NCBI GenBank assembly: GCA_964437935.1
Contig: CAYTIQ010000003.1
Coordinates: 35,920-99,919, forward strand
From: an uncultured Rheinheimera sp.
Lineage (GTDB): Bacteria > Pseudomonadota > Gammaproteobacteria > Enterobacterales > Alteromonadaceae
Reading direction: 5' to 3'
Length of the DNA stretch: 64,000 bases
Position 1 is the first letter of the stretch; each line of letters opens with the position of its first letter. Position numbers and translations under genes: made by a program. Positions 48,779-58,045 of the stretch are shown piece after piece. The notes under the pieces are model-generated. The model saw nothing but the letters and a program-made list of their open reading frames with translations. It did no database searches and was not told where the DNA came from.

Positions 48779-49423
48779 GTGATGACGACTTTGTATACCT
48801 ATTGGCGCTCGTCAGCGGCGTTTCGGGTGCGCATCGCGCTGGCAGTCAAGCAACTAGCCGTGACTCAAGTGCCGGTGCATTTGCTGAAAAACGGTGGCGA
48901 GCAAAAAACTGCAGACTATCAAGCATTAAACCCAGCACAGCTGGTGCCTTGTCTGCAAGACGGCGACCTGACGTTAAATCAGTCGCTGGCGATTATTGAA
49001 TATCTGGATCAGCAATACCCCGGCGTAGCACTGTTACCCAAAGATCCTGCGTTGCAAGCGCAAGTGCGCGCTTTTGCCTTGGACATCGCTTGTGATATTC
49101 ACCCGCTGAACAATTTGCGTGTGTTGCAATATCTAACCGGTACACTTGGCGTAACGGAAGAGCAGAAACTGGCATGGATCCATCATTGGTTACATAGCGG
49201 TTTTACAGCGCTTGAGCTGCGCTTACAGCAGACTGCCGGCCGTTACTGTTTTGGCGACGTGTTGACACTGGCCGATGTGTGCTTAGTGCCGCAGGTCTAT
49301 AACGCCGTTAGGTTTAACTTGCCGCTGGAGGCGTATCCAACCATTCGCCGTTTGTATCATGAATTATTGGCAATGCCAGCCTTTCATGCGGCGGCGCCTG
49401 AGCAACAAGCAGACGCGCAATAA
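48779..49423 (+). CDS. maiA: Maleylacetoacetate isomerase (GST zeta)
   Basis: LYTYWRSSAAFRVRIAL and CDIHPLNNLRVL. Confidence 0.95.
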   Translation: MMTTLYTYWRSSAAFRVRIALAVKQLAVTQVPVHLLKNGGEQKTADYQALNPAQLVPCLQDGDLTLNQSLAIIEYLDQQYPGVALLPKDPALQAQVRAFALDIACDIHPLNNLRVLQYLTGTLGVTEEQKLAWIHHWLHSGFTALELRLQQTAGRYCFGDVLTLADVCLVPQVYNAVRFNLPLEAYPTIRRLYHELLAMPAFHAAAPEQQADAQ

Positions 49424-49453
49424 GTTAGCGGTAAAAAAAGACGCGGATGCCTG

Positions 49454-50275
49454 CTAGGGCATCTCCGCGTCAGCTTTAACTTGCGGTAATCGGATCTCAA
49501 AACAAGCACCACCTAAGGTTGAGGTCGCCAATTGCAGGGTGCCACCGGCTTTTTCAGCAATTTGCCGGCAGATGGCAAGCCCTAAACCGTTACCAACCGC
49601 TTTGGTGGTGACAAAGGGCTCAAACAGGGAATGTTGTAAGCTTGCATCAATACCCGGACCGTTGTCGTCGATAGCGATATGAACCCAATCTTCGGCAAAC
49701 GTCACTGTCAGTTGAATGTGCCCATGCCGTTCAGCCATTGCTTGACTGGCATTGATCAATAGATTTAGCAGTAACTGTTGTAACTCCGTATGCACGATAT
49801 ACAGCATGACGGGTTCGCTTGGCAGCTCAAGCTGAACTTGATGGTCGCGTAGCTCATGCTTTAGCAAGCGCAAGCAGCTTGTTAGCACTGGTTGCAGCTC
49901 CAATCGCTCGGGTTCCTGTTGCAGTGGCATGGCAAAACGGCGTAATTCCAGCAATAAACTTCGCATGCGCTTTGCGCCCTCAAGGCTGTCTGCGACCAAC
50001 AGTTGGCAGTCCTCCAGTACATCCTGCACCGCACCTTGCTGGTTCAACTGAGCCAGCGCGTGAGTCGTCGTCTCTGATGGACCTTTTTCAGCAATTTCTT
50101 GATACACTGCAACATAGCGTTGAAGCAAGCTGACGTAATGGCCAAAGCTGGCGAGATTTGACAAGATAAACCCAGCTGGATTGTTGAGTTCATGCGCAAC
50201 ACCTGCGGTCAACTGACCTAATGTGGTGAGTCGTTGCTGAAATTGTTGTGGAGATATCCGTGACGGATCAGACAT
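49454..50275 (-). CDS. Histidine kinase core (HisKA + HATPase) with no sensor or TM domain
   Basis: H-box AHELNNP at about residue 28, N-box NLLINASQA, DNGPGI, FEPFVTTK and GLGL; in-frame TAA directly before the ATG. Confidence 0.85.
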   Translation of the reverse strand: MSDPSRISPQQFQQRLTTLGQLTAGVAHELNNPAGFILSNLASFGHYVSLLQRYVAVYQEIAEKGPSETTTHALAQLNQQGAVQDVLEDCQLLVADSLEGAKRMRSLLLELRRFAMPLQQEPERLELQPVLTSCLRLLKHELRDHQVQLELPSEPVMLYIVHTELQQLLLNLLINASQAMAERHGHIQLTVTFAEDWVHIAIDDNGPGIDASLQHSLFEPFVTTKAVGNGLGLAICRQIAEKAGGTLQLATSTLGGACFEIRLPQVKADAEMP

Positions 50276-50440
50276 TTATCTGCGCTTCTCTCTGATTGTC
50301 TTTAGCCTTAGTATACGAACAGCGCAGCACGTTTGCAGCAAAAGCTTTGCGGATACACCATCTTCAACCAACGCTTGCGGGGCCCATCCTTTGCGGCCTA
50401 TGTTTAACGCAGTACAGTTTAGGGGATGCACGGGCTACCC

Positions 50441-52423
50441 ATGTCAAAGTCTATTTTACTGGTCGACGATGAGCCAGCCGTTTTACGGTCACTCCAACGC
50501 ATGTTGCAGCGCGCAGGGTATTTTGTGCAGTGTGCTGAACATGGCGCACAGGCGTTACAATTGTTGGCAGGTCAACAATTTGCATTAGTGATTTCAGATT
50601 TTCGTATGCCTGGCATGAATGGCGCCGAGTTATTAAGACGTGTCCGGCAAGAATATCCAACGAGCTTGGGCATCATTCTCAGTGCCTATGCGGACCGAGA
50701 GGCGTTGTTGGAATGTTTAAATTCAGGTGCGGCATGGAAGTTCCTTGAAAAACCTTGGGATGATCAGCAGCTGATTGCTCAAATTGAACTTGCGATGATT
50801 GAGCGAGAGCGACGTATGTCTGAACAACAACGGACAAACTTGTTGCTTGCAAGTCCCGAACCGCTGTTAGAACTATCCGCTACAGGTCAAGTGCGCCGCT
50901 TTAACAGCCTTGCATTGACAGTGCTTGGCGTGGCGCAATCTGAGCTCAAAGAGTTACCGCTAGCAGAGTTATTTGACGATATTAACCCCATTGAGTTAGC
51001 GGTTTTTTTGCATAAAAAAGACCATGATCTGAGTCTGCAAACCAAAAACGGGCGATGGATAAGTCTCAGTCATCGTATTTCTGACCTACAACATTATCTG
51101 TTAAAGCTTACTCAAATCGATAAAGTCTCGCCGGATGTCTTTGCCCGTCAGCAGCAATTGCTAGATACCACGGCGCTGCGCCAACACATCGAAAATTGGT
51201 TGACCGCCCAGCATCCATGCGTGGTGGTGTCGTTGATGATCAAAGACTACAGTCGGTTCGCCGATAGTTTGTCTGAAGAACAATTGGATGGCTTGGCTGA
51301 AAAAACCAGCTTGTTGTTATGGCAACATTTGCCAAGCAAAGCGGTGATTGGTTGTCAAAGTGCGGAGCATTTTGTGGTGGTGTTGGCTGATTCAGGCAGC
51401 GAAAGCCGACTCCAGCAACATATCGATGCCTTGCTGCAAGACTTTTCAAAGCAACTTGTGCTGGACCGCGATCGTGTCCAAATCAATTTTTCCGTCGGCT
51501 ATGCCATCGCCCCTGCCGATGGCGATTCGGCGCGACAATTACTGCATCATGCGGAGATTGCTTGCCGGCAAAACTTGCTGAATCCCAAAGCGTTTTATCT
51601 GCGGTTTGACCGCGATATGGTTGAACAAAAACGACAGCATTTTGAGATCAGCAACTCGTTATACTCGGCGTTAGAGGAACAGCAGTTTTACCTGTTATAC
51701 CAACCTAAAGTGCGATTAAGTGATGGCTATTGCGATGAAGCTGAAGTATTGATTCGCTGGCAGCACCCACATCTTGGTATGATTTCACCGGCCGTTTTTA
51801 TCCCAATTGCTGAACAAGACGGGCAAATCATGGCGATTGGCAGTTGGGTGTTACAAGCCTGTTTGCAACAAGCCAGCAAATGGCGTGAGCAAGGCTTGCC
51901 TATCCGGCGTTTGGCGGTCAACTTATCGGGGCGGCAGCTGCAAGATCTGCAGTTTAGTCACCGTTTGAGTCAGTTACTGCAGTTGTATCAGCAACCTGCA
52001 TCCTTATTAGAGCTAGAAGTCACCGAAACCTTCTTGATGAATGACATTCATCGCAGTGCCTTGTTGTTGGAACATTTGCAGGAATTGGGTTGTCATTTAG
52101 CGATGGATGATTTTGGTACTGGGTATTCATCGTTGGCGTATTTAGCGAAATTGCCGGTGCAAGTGCTTAAGTTGGATCGGTCTTTGGTACTTGATTTGGA
52201 AGATTCGCCGCAATCGGCGTCGATGGTGCGACATATGATTCGGATGGCACACGAATTGGATATGGAAGTGGTTGCCGAGGGCATTGAGTCGCCGGGGCAG
52301 CTGGACATTCTGCGCGAACTGCAATGCGATATGGTGCAAGGTTATGTCTATAGTCCGCCCGTCACTGCAGAGGCGTTTGCGGAGATTGTTCGCAAGCAAC
52401 CATTTTATCAAGCAGGGAGTTAG
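50441..52423 (+). CDS. REC-PAS-degenerate GGDEF-EAL protein, probable c-di-GMP phosphodiesterase
   Basis: Intact REC (LVDDE, ISDFRMP, KPW); CQSAEHF in place of GGDEF; EAL motifs EVLIRW, ELEVTE, DDFGTGYSS, KLD, AEGIE and QGY retained. Confidence 0.87.
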   Translation: MSKSILLVDDEPAVLRSLQRMLQRAGYFVQCAEHGAQALQLLAGQQFALVISDFRMPGMNGAELLRRVRQEYPTSLGIILSAYADREALLECLNSGAAWKFLEKPWDDQQLIAQIELAMIERERRMSEQQRTNLLLASPEPLLELSATGQVRRFNSLALTVLGVAQSELKELPLAELFDDINPIELAVFLHKKDHDLSLQTKNGRWISLSHRISDLQHYLLKLTQIDKVSPDVFARQQQLLDTTALRQHIENWLTAQHPCVVVSLMIKDYSRFADSLSEEQLDGLAEKTSLLLWQHLPSKAVIGCQSAEHFVVVLADSGSESRLQQHIDALLQDFSKQLVLDRDRVQINFSVGYAIAPADGDSARQLLHHAEIACRQNLLNPKAFYLRFDRDMVEQKRQHFEISNSLYSALEEQQFYLLYQPKVRLSDGYCDEAEVLIRWQHPHLGMISPAVFIPIAEQDGQIMAIGSWVLQACLQQASKWREQGLPIRRLAVNLSGRQLQDLQFSHRLSQLLQLYQQPASLLELEVTETFLMNDIHRSALLLEHLQELGCHLAMDDFGTGYSSLAYLAKLPVQVLKLDRSLVLDLEDSPQSASMVRHMIRMAHELDMEVVAEGIESPGQLDILRELQCDMVQGYVYSPPVTAEAFAEIVRKQPFYQAGS

Positions 52424-52425
52424 CC

Positions 52426-53592
52426 ATGCCATTAACTGCCGTGTTGTTAGTGAACGAAGAAGCCTATTTGCATGCCCTCAGGCGATTAGTTCAGCAAATC
52501 AGACCGCAATGGCAGTTGCAATGTGCGCATCAAGCGGAATTTGCTACCGAGTGGTTTGTCGGTGACAACGCGCCTGATTTGGTGATTTGCGATGAATTGC
52601 TCGATGAGCATGCGGGTATAGAGTTTCTCTCCTTTGCTCAAGAATACTCGCCGTTGACGCTACGGGTCTTGTTGGCAGGCTCTGCGGGGCAACACATGCT
52701 GCTTGCTCAGCAAACACCAGTGCAATTATTGCTAGGCAAACCCTGCGATGAGGCAGAATTAGCAGCGGTGTTTGACCGTGCACAACGGATGGCACAAGGG
52801 CCATTTTCACGGCATAGCCGGTATCAGATCGGGCAAATTCCGGGGCTGCCGGTATTAAGGCAACACGCCGCGCAGTTGCAAAAACAACTGGATGACCCTT
52901 CAGTCGACAACCGACAGATCGCCAAATTGATTGCTCATGATGCCAGTTTAACAGCCAAGTTGTTGCAGATCGCCAACTCAAGTTATTTAGGCTACGCCAG
53001 CACCACCGCTGATTTATTTGAAGTCACGGGCAGGCTAGGGCGTCAGTTGATAGGGGCCGTGCTGCAGTCGCTTCAGCTTCAAGAGCAATTTTTACAGCGC
53101 GTGCGTCAGGATTTACACGAAAGCTTGCAATCTCAGGCGTTTGCTTTAGCCACACTGGCCAATCGATTAGCAAAGAGTCAACAACCGAGCAATCGGCAAC
53201 TGGCGGAGCAGGCCTTCGTTACAGGGTTGATGCATGTGTTAGGGCCGCTGGTGATGCTGAGCGGTCAACCCGTGGCGACGCAGCAGCTAACCCAAGAGGA
53301 TATGTTGCAGGAAGGGATCGCTGATCATTGTTTGGTTTCGAGTTATTTGTTAACGCTGTGGGGATTTGACCAAGCGATTTGTGATGCCATTTTATATCGG
53401 CGGGATGTGACCCAAGCTCCAGAAATAACAGCGCTGATGGCCATTGTGCATTTGGCAAGTTATGTCCTGGATTTAAGCCGAGAGCCAGAGCACGCGGTGT
53501 TATCCGCAGAGGCGTTGGCGTTTTTACGGATGACGCCGGAGTTTATCGCGCTGCTGCCCGGTCAACCTAATTTGAACGGGCAAATTCACTAA
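52426..53592 (+). CDS. REC-HDOD domain protein
   Basis: N-terminal REC-like region (VNEE, VICD, GKP); HDOD motifs IAHDASLTAKLLQIANS and GLMHVLG; starts 2 bp after the EAL gene. Confidence 0.8.
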   Translation: MPLTAVLLVNEEAYLHALRRLVQQIRPQWQLQCAHQAEFATEWFVGDNAPDLVICDELLDEHAGIEFLSFAQEYSPLTLRVLLAGSAGQHMLLAQQTPVQLLLGKPCDEAELAAVFDRAQRMAQGPFSRHSRYQIGQIPGLPVLRQHAAQLQKQLDDPSVDNRQIAKLIAHDASLTAKLLQIANSSYLGYASTTADLFEVTGRLGRQLIGAVLQSLQLQEQFLQRVRQDLHESLQSQAFALATLANRLAKSQQPSNRQLAEQAFVTGLMHVLGPLVMLSGQPVATQQLTQEDMLQEGIADHCLVSSYLLTLWGFDQAICDAILYRRDVTQAPEITALMAIVHLASYVLDLSREPEHAVLSAEALAFLRMTPEFIALLPGQPNLNGQIH

Positions 53593-53593
53593 A

Positions 53594-55024
53594 TTACTTA
53601 CTGGCCTTGACCGTCAAGGCTTGGCCTGGTTTGAGTGTGGCGGTCTTTTTCAGTTGATTCCAAGCCATCAATTGAGCCACAGTGACGTTAAATTTTCGGG
53701 CTATTTTGTCCAGCGAATCCCCGGATTGCACAACGTACTTGCCTTTGGTCTTTTTATTGGCGGCTTTGGCTGAAGCCACTTTGCCATCTTGGGTTTTAGC
53801 GACATCACTGGCTTTGGTATTGCGCGCAATCACCAACACTTGCCCTGGTTTTAACGCATCAGTTTTTAACTTATTTGCGCTGCGAATGGCTTTGGTTGGC
53901 ACTTTGAATTTTTTGGCAATGCTACCGAGCGTATCCCCTGATTTCACTTTGTATTGAATGGATGCCGCGGTTTTAGTCGATTTTTCAGGAATAGGCGTGA
54001 CATCAATGGTTTTGGTCAGCGATTGTTGATTTTGCTGATAGCGTTCAAACGCCGATGCAGGCAGCAGCAAAGGCCACGTATTACCCGAGGGGGTCACGTC
54101 GGTTCTAAATGCTGGGTTTAACTGCTTTAGCTCGCTTAACGCCACACCACTGATTTTTGCTGTCTGGCTTAATGACACCTGCGGCCGGATAGTGGTTAAT
54201 ACGGTGCTTGGTTTATTGCTAAGTGCAGGCAACTGCAGGCTGTATTTTTCAGGTTGACGCACCAGCTGGCTCACAGCTAACCATTTAGGGACAGTGCGAA
54301 TATACCGCTCTGGAATGTTCAGGGACCAAAAATCGATAGGTTTGCCACGGTTTTGGTTACGCAATATCGCCGCTTGAATGCGCCCTTCACCAGTGTTGTA
54401 GGCAGCCACCGCATTGAGCCAATCATGACCAAGCGTATCGTACAGGTGCTGCAAATAATCCAAGGTTGCATCTGTGGAATCCAACGCATCTTTTCTACCA
54501 TCGTAGCGTGGGGTAACTTTTAAGCCAAAATTACGCGCAGTCCCAGGAACTAACTGCCACAATCCCGCAGGACCATTGCCTTGAGCTGCAGGGTTGTAAC
54601 CACTTTCAACGATAGGTAATAACGCCAGCTCCACCGGCATTTTACGTTGCTCAAGCTTGCGTACGATGTGATACAAAATCGGTTCTGCCCGGGTGACCGT
54701 ATCGCGCCAAAACTTCGTTTGTTTGCCATAAAACTGCCGTTCACGCTTAATGCTGGCTTTTTCAGGAATGCGCAGATACATCTGGTCCCGCATCCGCTGC
54801 CACAGATCAGGTTCGGCATCGAGTTCAGAGGGTGACCAATCACGGCGTAAAGGTGAGTTCTCCACTAGCGGTGTTTCATCATCCTCTGAGCTTGTGGCTT
54901 GATGCTCTGTTAAGACGTCCGCATCGCTATTCGTGCTGGGTACAGGCGCTGGTTGCGTGGGTGTTTGGGTACAACTAGCAAGAAAAATCAGCAGTGAGGC
55001 CATAACGAATTTAACACTGTGCAA
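53594..55024 (-). CDS. mltD: Membrane-bound lytic murein transglycosylase D (SLT + LysM)
   Basis: Lipobox LASC; IVESGYNP, AGLWQ and AAYNTGEG; two clear LysM repeats; next to gloB. Confidence 0.9.
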   Translation of the reverse strand: MHSVKFVMASLLIFLASCTQTPTQPAPVPSTNSDADVLTEHQATSSEDDETPLVENSPLRRDWSPSELDAEPDLWQRMRDQMYLRIPEKASIKRERQFYGKQTKFWRDTVTRAEPILYHIVRKLEQRKMPVELALLPIVESGYNPAAQGNGPAGLWQLVPGTARNFGLKVTPRYDGRKDALDSTDATLDYLQHLYDTLGHDWLNAVAAYNTGEGRIQAAILRNQNRGKPIDFWSLNIPERYIRTVPKWLAVSQLVRQPEKYSLQLPALSNKPSTVLTTIRPQVSLSQTAKISGVALSELKQLNPAFRTDVTPSGNTWPLLLPASAFERYQQNQQSLTKTIDVTPIPEKSTKTAASIQYKVKSGDTLGSIAKKFKVPTKAIRSANKLKTDALKPGQVLVIARNTKASDVAKTQDGKVASAKAANKKTKGKYVVQSGDSLDKIARKFNVTVAQLMAWNQLKKTATLKPGQALTVKASK

Positions 55025-55102
55025 AAGGGCTTTCCTCTTTCTCTACGGCAAAAAAGCCGGCTAGTTTACATGGCGACCGCCGTTGACGCAAAACTCACGT
55101 CT

Positions 55103-55852
55103 TCACACGGTATTTTTCCACTGGCGCAGCATGGCAAACAGTTGCAATGCGTTGGGTTGTTGCCAGCGTTGTTGCAACGCACCTTCATGCACCCGCAAAA
55201 ATGGATTAATTTGCCGCTCGCAAGCGATGGTACTGGGTACTGTTGGTCGTTGTTGCTCGCGTAAAAGTTCACAACGCTGTAGATAATCGACCAGAAGGTG
55301 GTTGTCAGGTTCCACCATGCGGGCAAATTTTAGGTTGGCCAGCGTGTATTCGTGCGCTGGGCAAACCAAGGTGTCGGCAGCAAGTGCACTTAACATTTGT
55401 AACGATGCGTGCATTTGTTCTGCTGTGCCTTCAAATAACCGACCGCAACCCCCACTAAACAGCGTATCGCCACAAAAAAGCAGCATGGGTTGTTGTTGCA
55501 CCACGTAGGCGAGATGGTCCAGCGTATGACCTGGCACTTCGAGCACCAAAATGGGCGCAAAGCCTGCAAGCTCGAGTACTTGCTGATGCACCACAGACTG
55601 ACAGTCCTCAATCAGTTGGCGTAAGGTTGCTGGACCAAACACTGGAATATCTGGCCAGCGTTGGCGCAGTGGGGCTAGCGCATCGATATGATCACGGTGT
55701 AAGTGAGTGATTAAAATGGCGGCAGGCGCGTGCTCTAATTGCTCCAATACCTCGGGCGAGCCTGGGTCGACCAGCAGGTAGTCACCATGTTCGTTGGCAA
55801 GGCGCCAGATGTAATTGTCACGCAGGGCCGGAATTGCTGTTAATGCATGCAT
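55103..55852 (-). CDS. gloB: Hydroxyacylglutathione hydrolase (glyoxalase II)
   Basis: ATG 55852; DNYIW, THLHRDH, PGHTLDH, GDTLFSGGCGR and AHEYT. Confidence 0.93.
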   Translation of the reverse strand: MHALTAIPALRDNYIWRLANEHGDYLLVDPGSPEVLEQLEHAPAAILITHLHRDHIDALAPLRQRWPDIPVFGPATLRQLIEDCQSVVHQQVLELAGFAPILVLEVPGHTLDHLAYVVQQQPMLLFCGDTLFSGGCGRLFEGTAEQMHASLQMLSALAADTLVCPAHEYTLANLKFARMVEPDNHLLVDYLQRCELLREQQRPTVPSTIACERQINPFLRVHEGALQQRWQQPNALQLFAMLRQWKNTV

Positions 55853-55893
55853 GCTGTATCGTTTGGTCTGAGTCGTTAATGGACGGATACTAA

Positions 55894-56634
55894 ATGAAAC
55901 CGGCGTTGAATCGCTACTCCTTCCTGCATGCGCCGCAACAATGGCAGGATTTCCCACAAGGTGCTGCGTTGTCACAGGCGTTAGCGTCGCAATTTAACTT
56001 ATGGTGGCCACGTATTTTTGGCTATCACTTATTAAAAGTGGGGCATCTCAGTTGTGAGATGGACACCAGCACGTGCCCAATCAAACATCAAATTCAACTG
56101 TCGACCGAGCTTTCCAAAGCTAGCGTTGTTGCAGATCCGGATGATTTGCCATTTATCGAACATGCCGTCGACGCGGTGTTATTGGCACATTGTTTGGAAT
56201 ACACCCAAGACCCGCATCATGTGATCCGTGAAGCACACCGGGTGTTGATGCCCGATGGATATCTGTTGCTAAGCGGCTTTAACCCTTTAAGTTTGTTGGG
56301 TCTTTGTAAGTTATGGCCTGGGTTACATCGACAGTTACCCTGGAGTGGCCGGTTTTTTACCCAAGCACGTGTCAAAGATTGGTTGCATTTGTTGGGATTT
56401 GAGATCCTCGATGAACAACGATTATTTATGTCGCCGTTGCTATCGGAAAAAAGTTATCTGCCCACGCTTCGGCATTGGGCTGAGCATCATTTGAATTATT
56501 TTGGGTCAGCGTATGTGATTGTTGCTCGCAAACGCACTTTGCCACTGACGCCGATTAAACCGCGCTGGCAGTTAAAAACCAGCTTTCAACCGGCGGTAAA
56601 AGGGATTAGCGCTCGACAAGGCCATTCCAGTTAG
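55894..56634 (+). CDS. yafS: Class I SAM-dependent methyltransferase (YafS-like)
   Basis: FGYHLLKVG, LPF, DPHHVIREAHRVL and GFNP; divergent from gloB. Confidence 0.88.
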   Translation: MKPALNRYSFLHAPQQWQDFPQGAALSQALASQFNLWWPRIFGYHLLKVGHLSCEMDTSTCPIKHQIQLSTELSKASVVADPDDLPFIEHAVDAVLLAHCLEYTQDPHHVIREAHRVLMPDGYLLLSGFNPLSLLGLCKLWPGLHRQLPWSGRFFTQARVKDWLHLLGFEILDEQRLFMSPLLSEKSYLPTLRHWAEHHLNYFGSAYVIVARKRTLPLTPIKPRWQLKTSFQPAVKGISARQGHSS

Positions 56635-57112
56635 CGAGCAATGCTTTGGCACTTTCTGCCGATAAGGTCATGAAATACAAGTCGTCACGGTGTGGTTGAG
56701 GTTGGGCGCATTCGACAAAACCGAGTTGTTGATACAGCGACAGTGCCACCTGATTGCTGGTGTACACAAACAACGAAAAATCTAAGCGCGGATTGATTTT
56801 GTGGCCATGTCTAAGCAATGCCATGATGAGCTGTTTGCCATAGCCTTGGCCGCGGACATCAGGCAATACCAACAAACGAGCCAAATGGTGTTTGCCAAAC
56901 CGGTCGCACAATTGGCCAAAAGCAATGGTTTTTTGGTGCTGCTGTAATATGAAACTGTCGGTATCTGCCGTTTGTAGCTGAGCCATAAAACGCGTGTTGG
57001 TCAGCGGTAATTGGAAGCCTTCACCGCCCCAGCGTTGCACCTCGGCGATGGAACGAAAATGCTGACGTAGTGCCAGCATCTCATCAATGCTTGCAGGGCG
57101 AAGTTCAATCAA
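56606..57112 (-). CDS. GNAT N-acetyltransferase
   Basis: TTG start at 57112 overlaps the upstream stop (TTGA); VRGQGYG and NQVALSLYQQLGF. Confidence 0.8.
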   Translation of the reverse strand: MIELRPASIDEMLALRQHFRSIAEVQRWGGEGFQLPLTNTRFMAQLQTADTDSFILQQHQKTIAFGQLCDRFGKHHLARLLVLPDVRGQGYGKQLIMALLRHGHKINPRLDFSLFVYTSNQVALSLYQQLGFVECAQPQPHRDDLYFMTLSAESAKALLANWNGLVER

Positions 57113-57387
57113 CGCAGTGCGCCCTGTCCAAACCACCACAAAGCCCCAGGCACTATGAGCAAAAACAACGCTGCCATACTCAGTTGCCAACAGACTTGAT
57201 AAAAGCGTTGGCTAAAATAATCAGGCTCTCGACGGATCCACATCAACATAGCGGCAGCGACCACCGAGGGTAAGCCGTAAATCGTATCGAAGTTGCCATG
57301 GAAGTAACTGGCCCAAGTCGCAAAAACACCAACCAAGGACAGCAGCACCCAATTTGCAACCATCATTTTCGAGCGATGTAGTTTCAT
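57109..57387 (-). CDS. Small hypothetical membrane protein (3 TM)
   Basis: Three hydrophobic segments; starts 4 bp after DUF2058 and overlaps the GNAT start. Confidence 0.7.
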   Translation of the reverse strand: MKLHRSKMMVANWVLLSLVGVFATWASYFHGNFDTIYGLPSVVAAAMLMWIRREPDYFSQRFYQVCWQLSMAALFLLIVPGALWWFGQGALR

Positions 57388-57391
57388 ACAG

Positions 57392-57925
57392 TTACCACAT
57401 TAGATCGTCAGGAATTTGATAATCCTTGTACGGATCATCTTCATCAAGGTGTTGTTCATTACTGTTTAGCAACACGACGGTGGTTGGCACACGTTGTGCG
57501 ATGCGTTCGGCGGCTAGTTTGGGCACTATGGCATACTGCTCATCCATTTTAACGATGGCGGCTTGGCCTTTTACCAGCTGTTGTTGCACCGCATCGCGGA
57601 CATAGATCTTTTTAACCAAGGACCCATCGGTAAAATTAAAACCGATATCGCCTTTATAATCGATACGGCTTTGGTCGATTAGTTGCTTGACTTGCGCTAC
57701 CAAGGCTTTTTGTTCTGCTTCTTGTTTTTTCTGAGCGTTTAAAGCACGGTCGCGTTCGATTTGTGCTTGCCGTGCTTCTTCGGCCAACACTGTGCTTTGG
57801 GCTGGACCTACGCCTTTTTTCCCCGCTTGCACACGTTCTTTGTGTTTTTCTTTATTGATGGCTTTGGCTTTTTTAGCGTCGCCAAGACCCATTTTTAACA
57901 ATTGTTCTTGTAACGATTTACTCAT
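57392..57925 (-). CDS. DUF2058 (YaiL-like) protein
   Basis: MSKSLQEQLLKMGL, FNFTDG..VKKIYV and DPYKDYQIPDDLMW signature. Confidence 0.9.
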   Translation of the reverse strand: MSKSLQEQLLKMGLGDAKKAKAINKEKHKERVQAGKKGVGPAQSTVLAEEARQAQIERDRALNAQKKQEAEQKALVAQVKQLIDQSRIDYKGDIGFNFTDGSLVKKIYVRDAVQQQLVKGQAAIVKMDEQYAIVPKLAAERIAQRVPTTVVLLNSNEQHLDEDDPYKDYQIPDDLMW

Positions 57926-58045
57926 AACGCACCTCTTGCTGATTCGCATATTGTTCCACGAAGCGAAAAGGCTTGCCAACGGTCAGCTGACGAAAAACTG
58001 CTTTTGCGGTAAACTGAAGGATTACTAGTCAGGTTTTAGGTTGTT

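Noticed and set aside
50276-50304. Sigma28-like promoter (TAAA...GCAGATAA) for the histidine kinase
   Set aside because: The spacing is 17 rather than 15, and the -10 abuts the ATG, leaving no leader.
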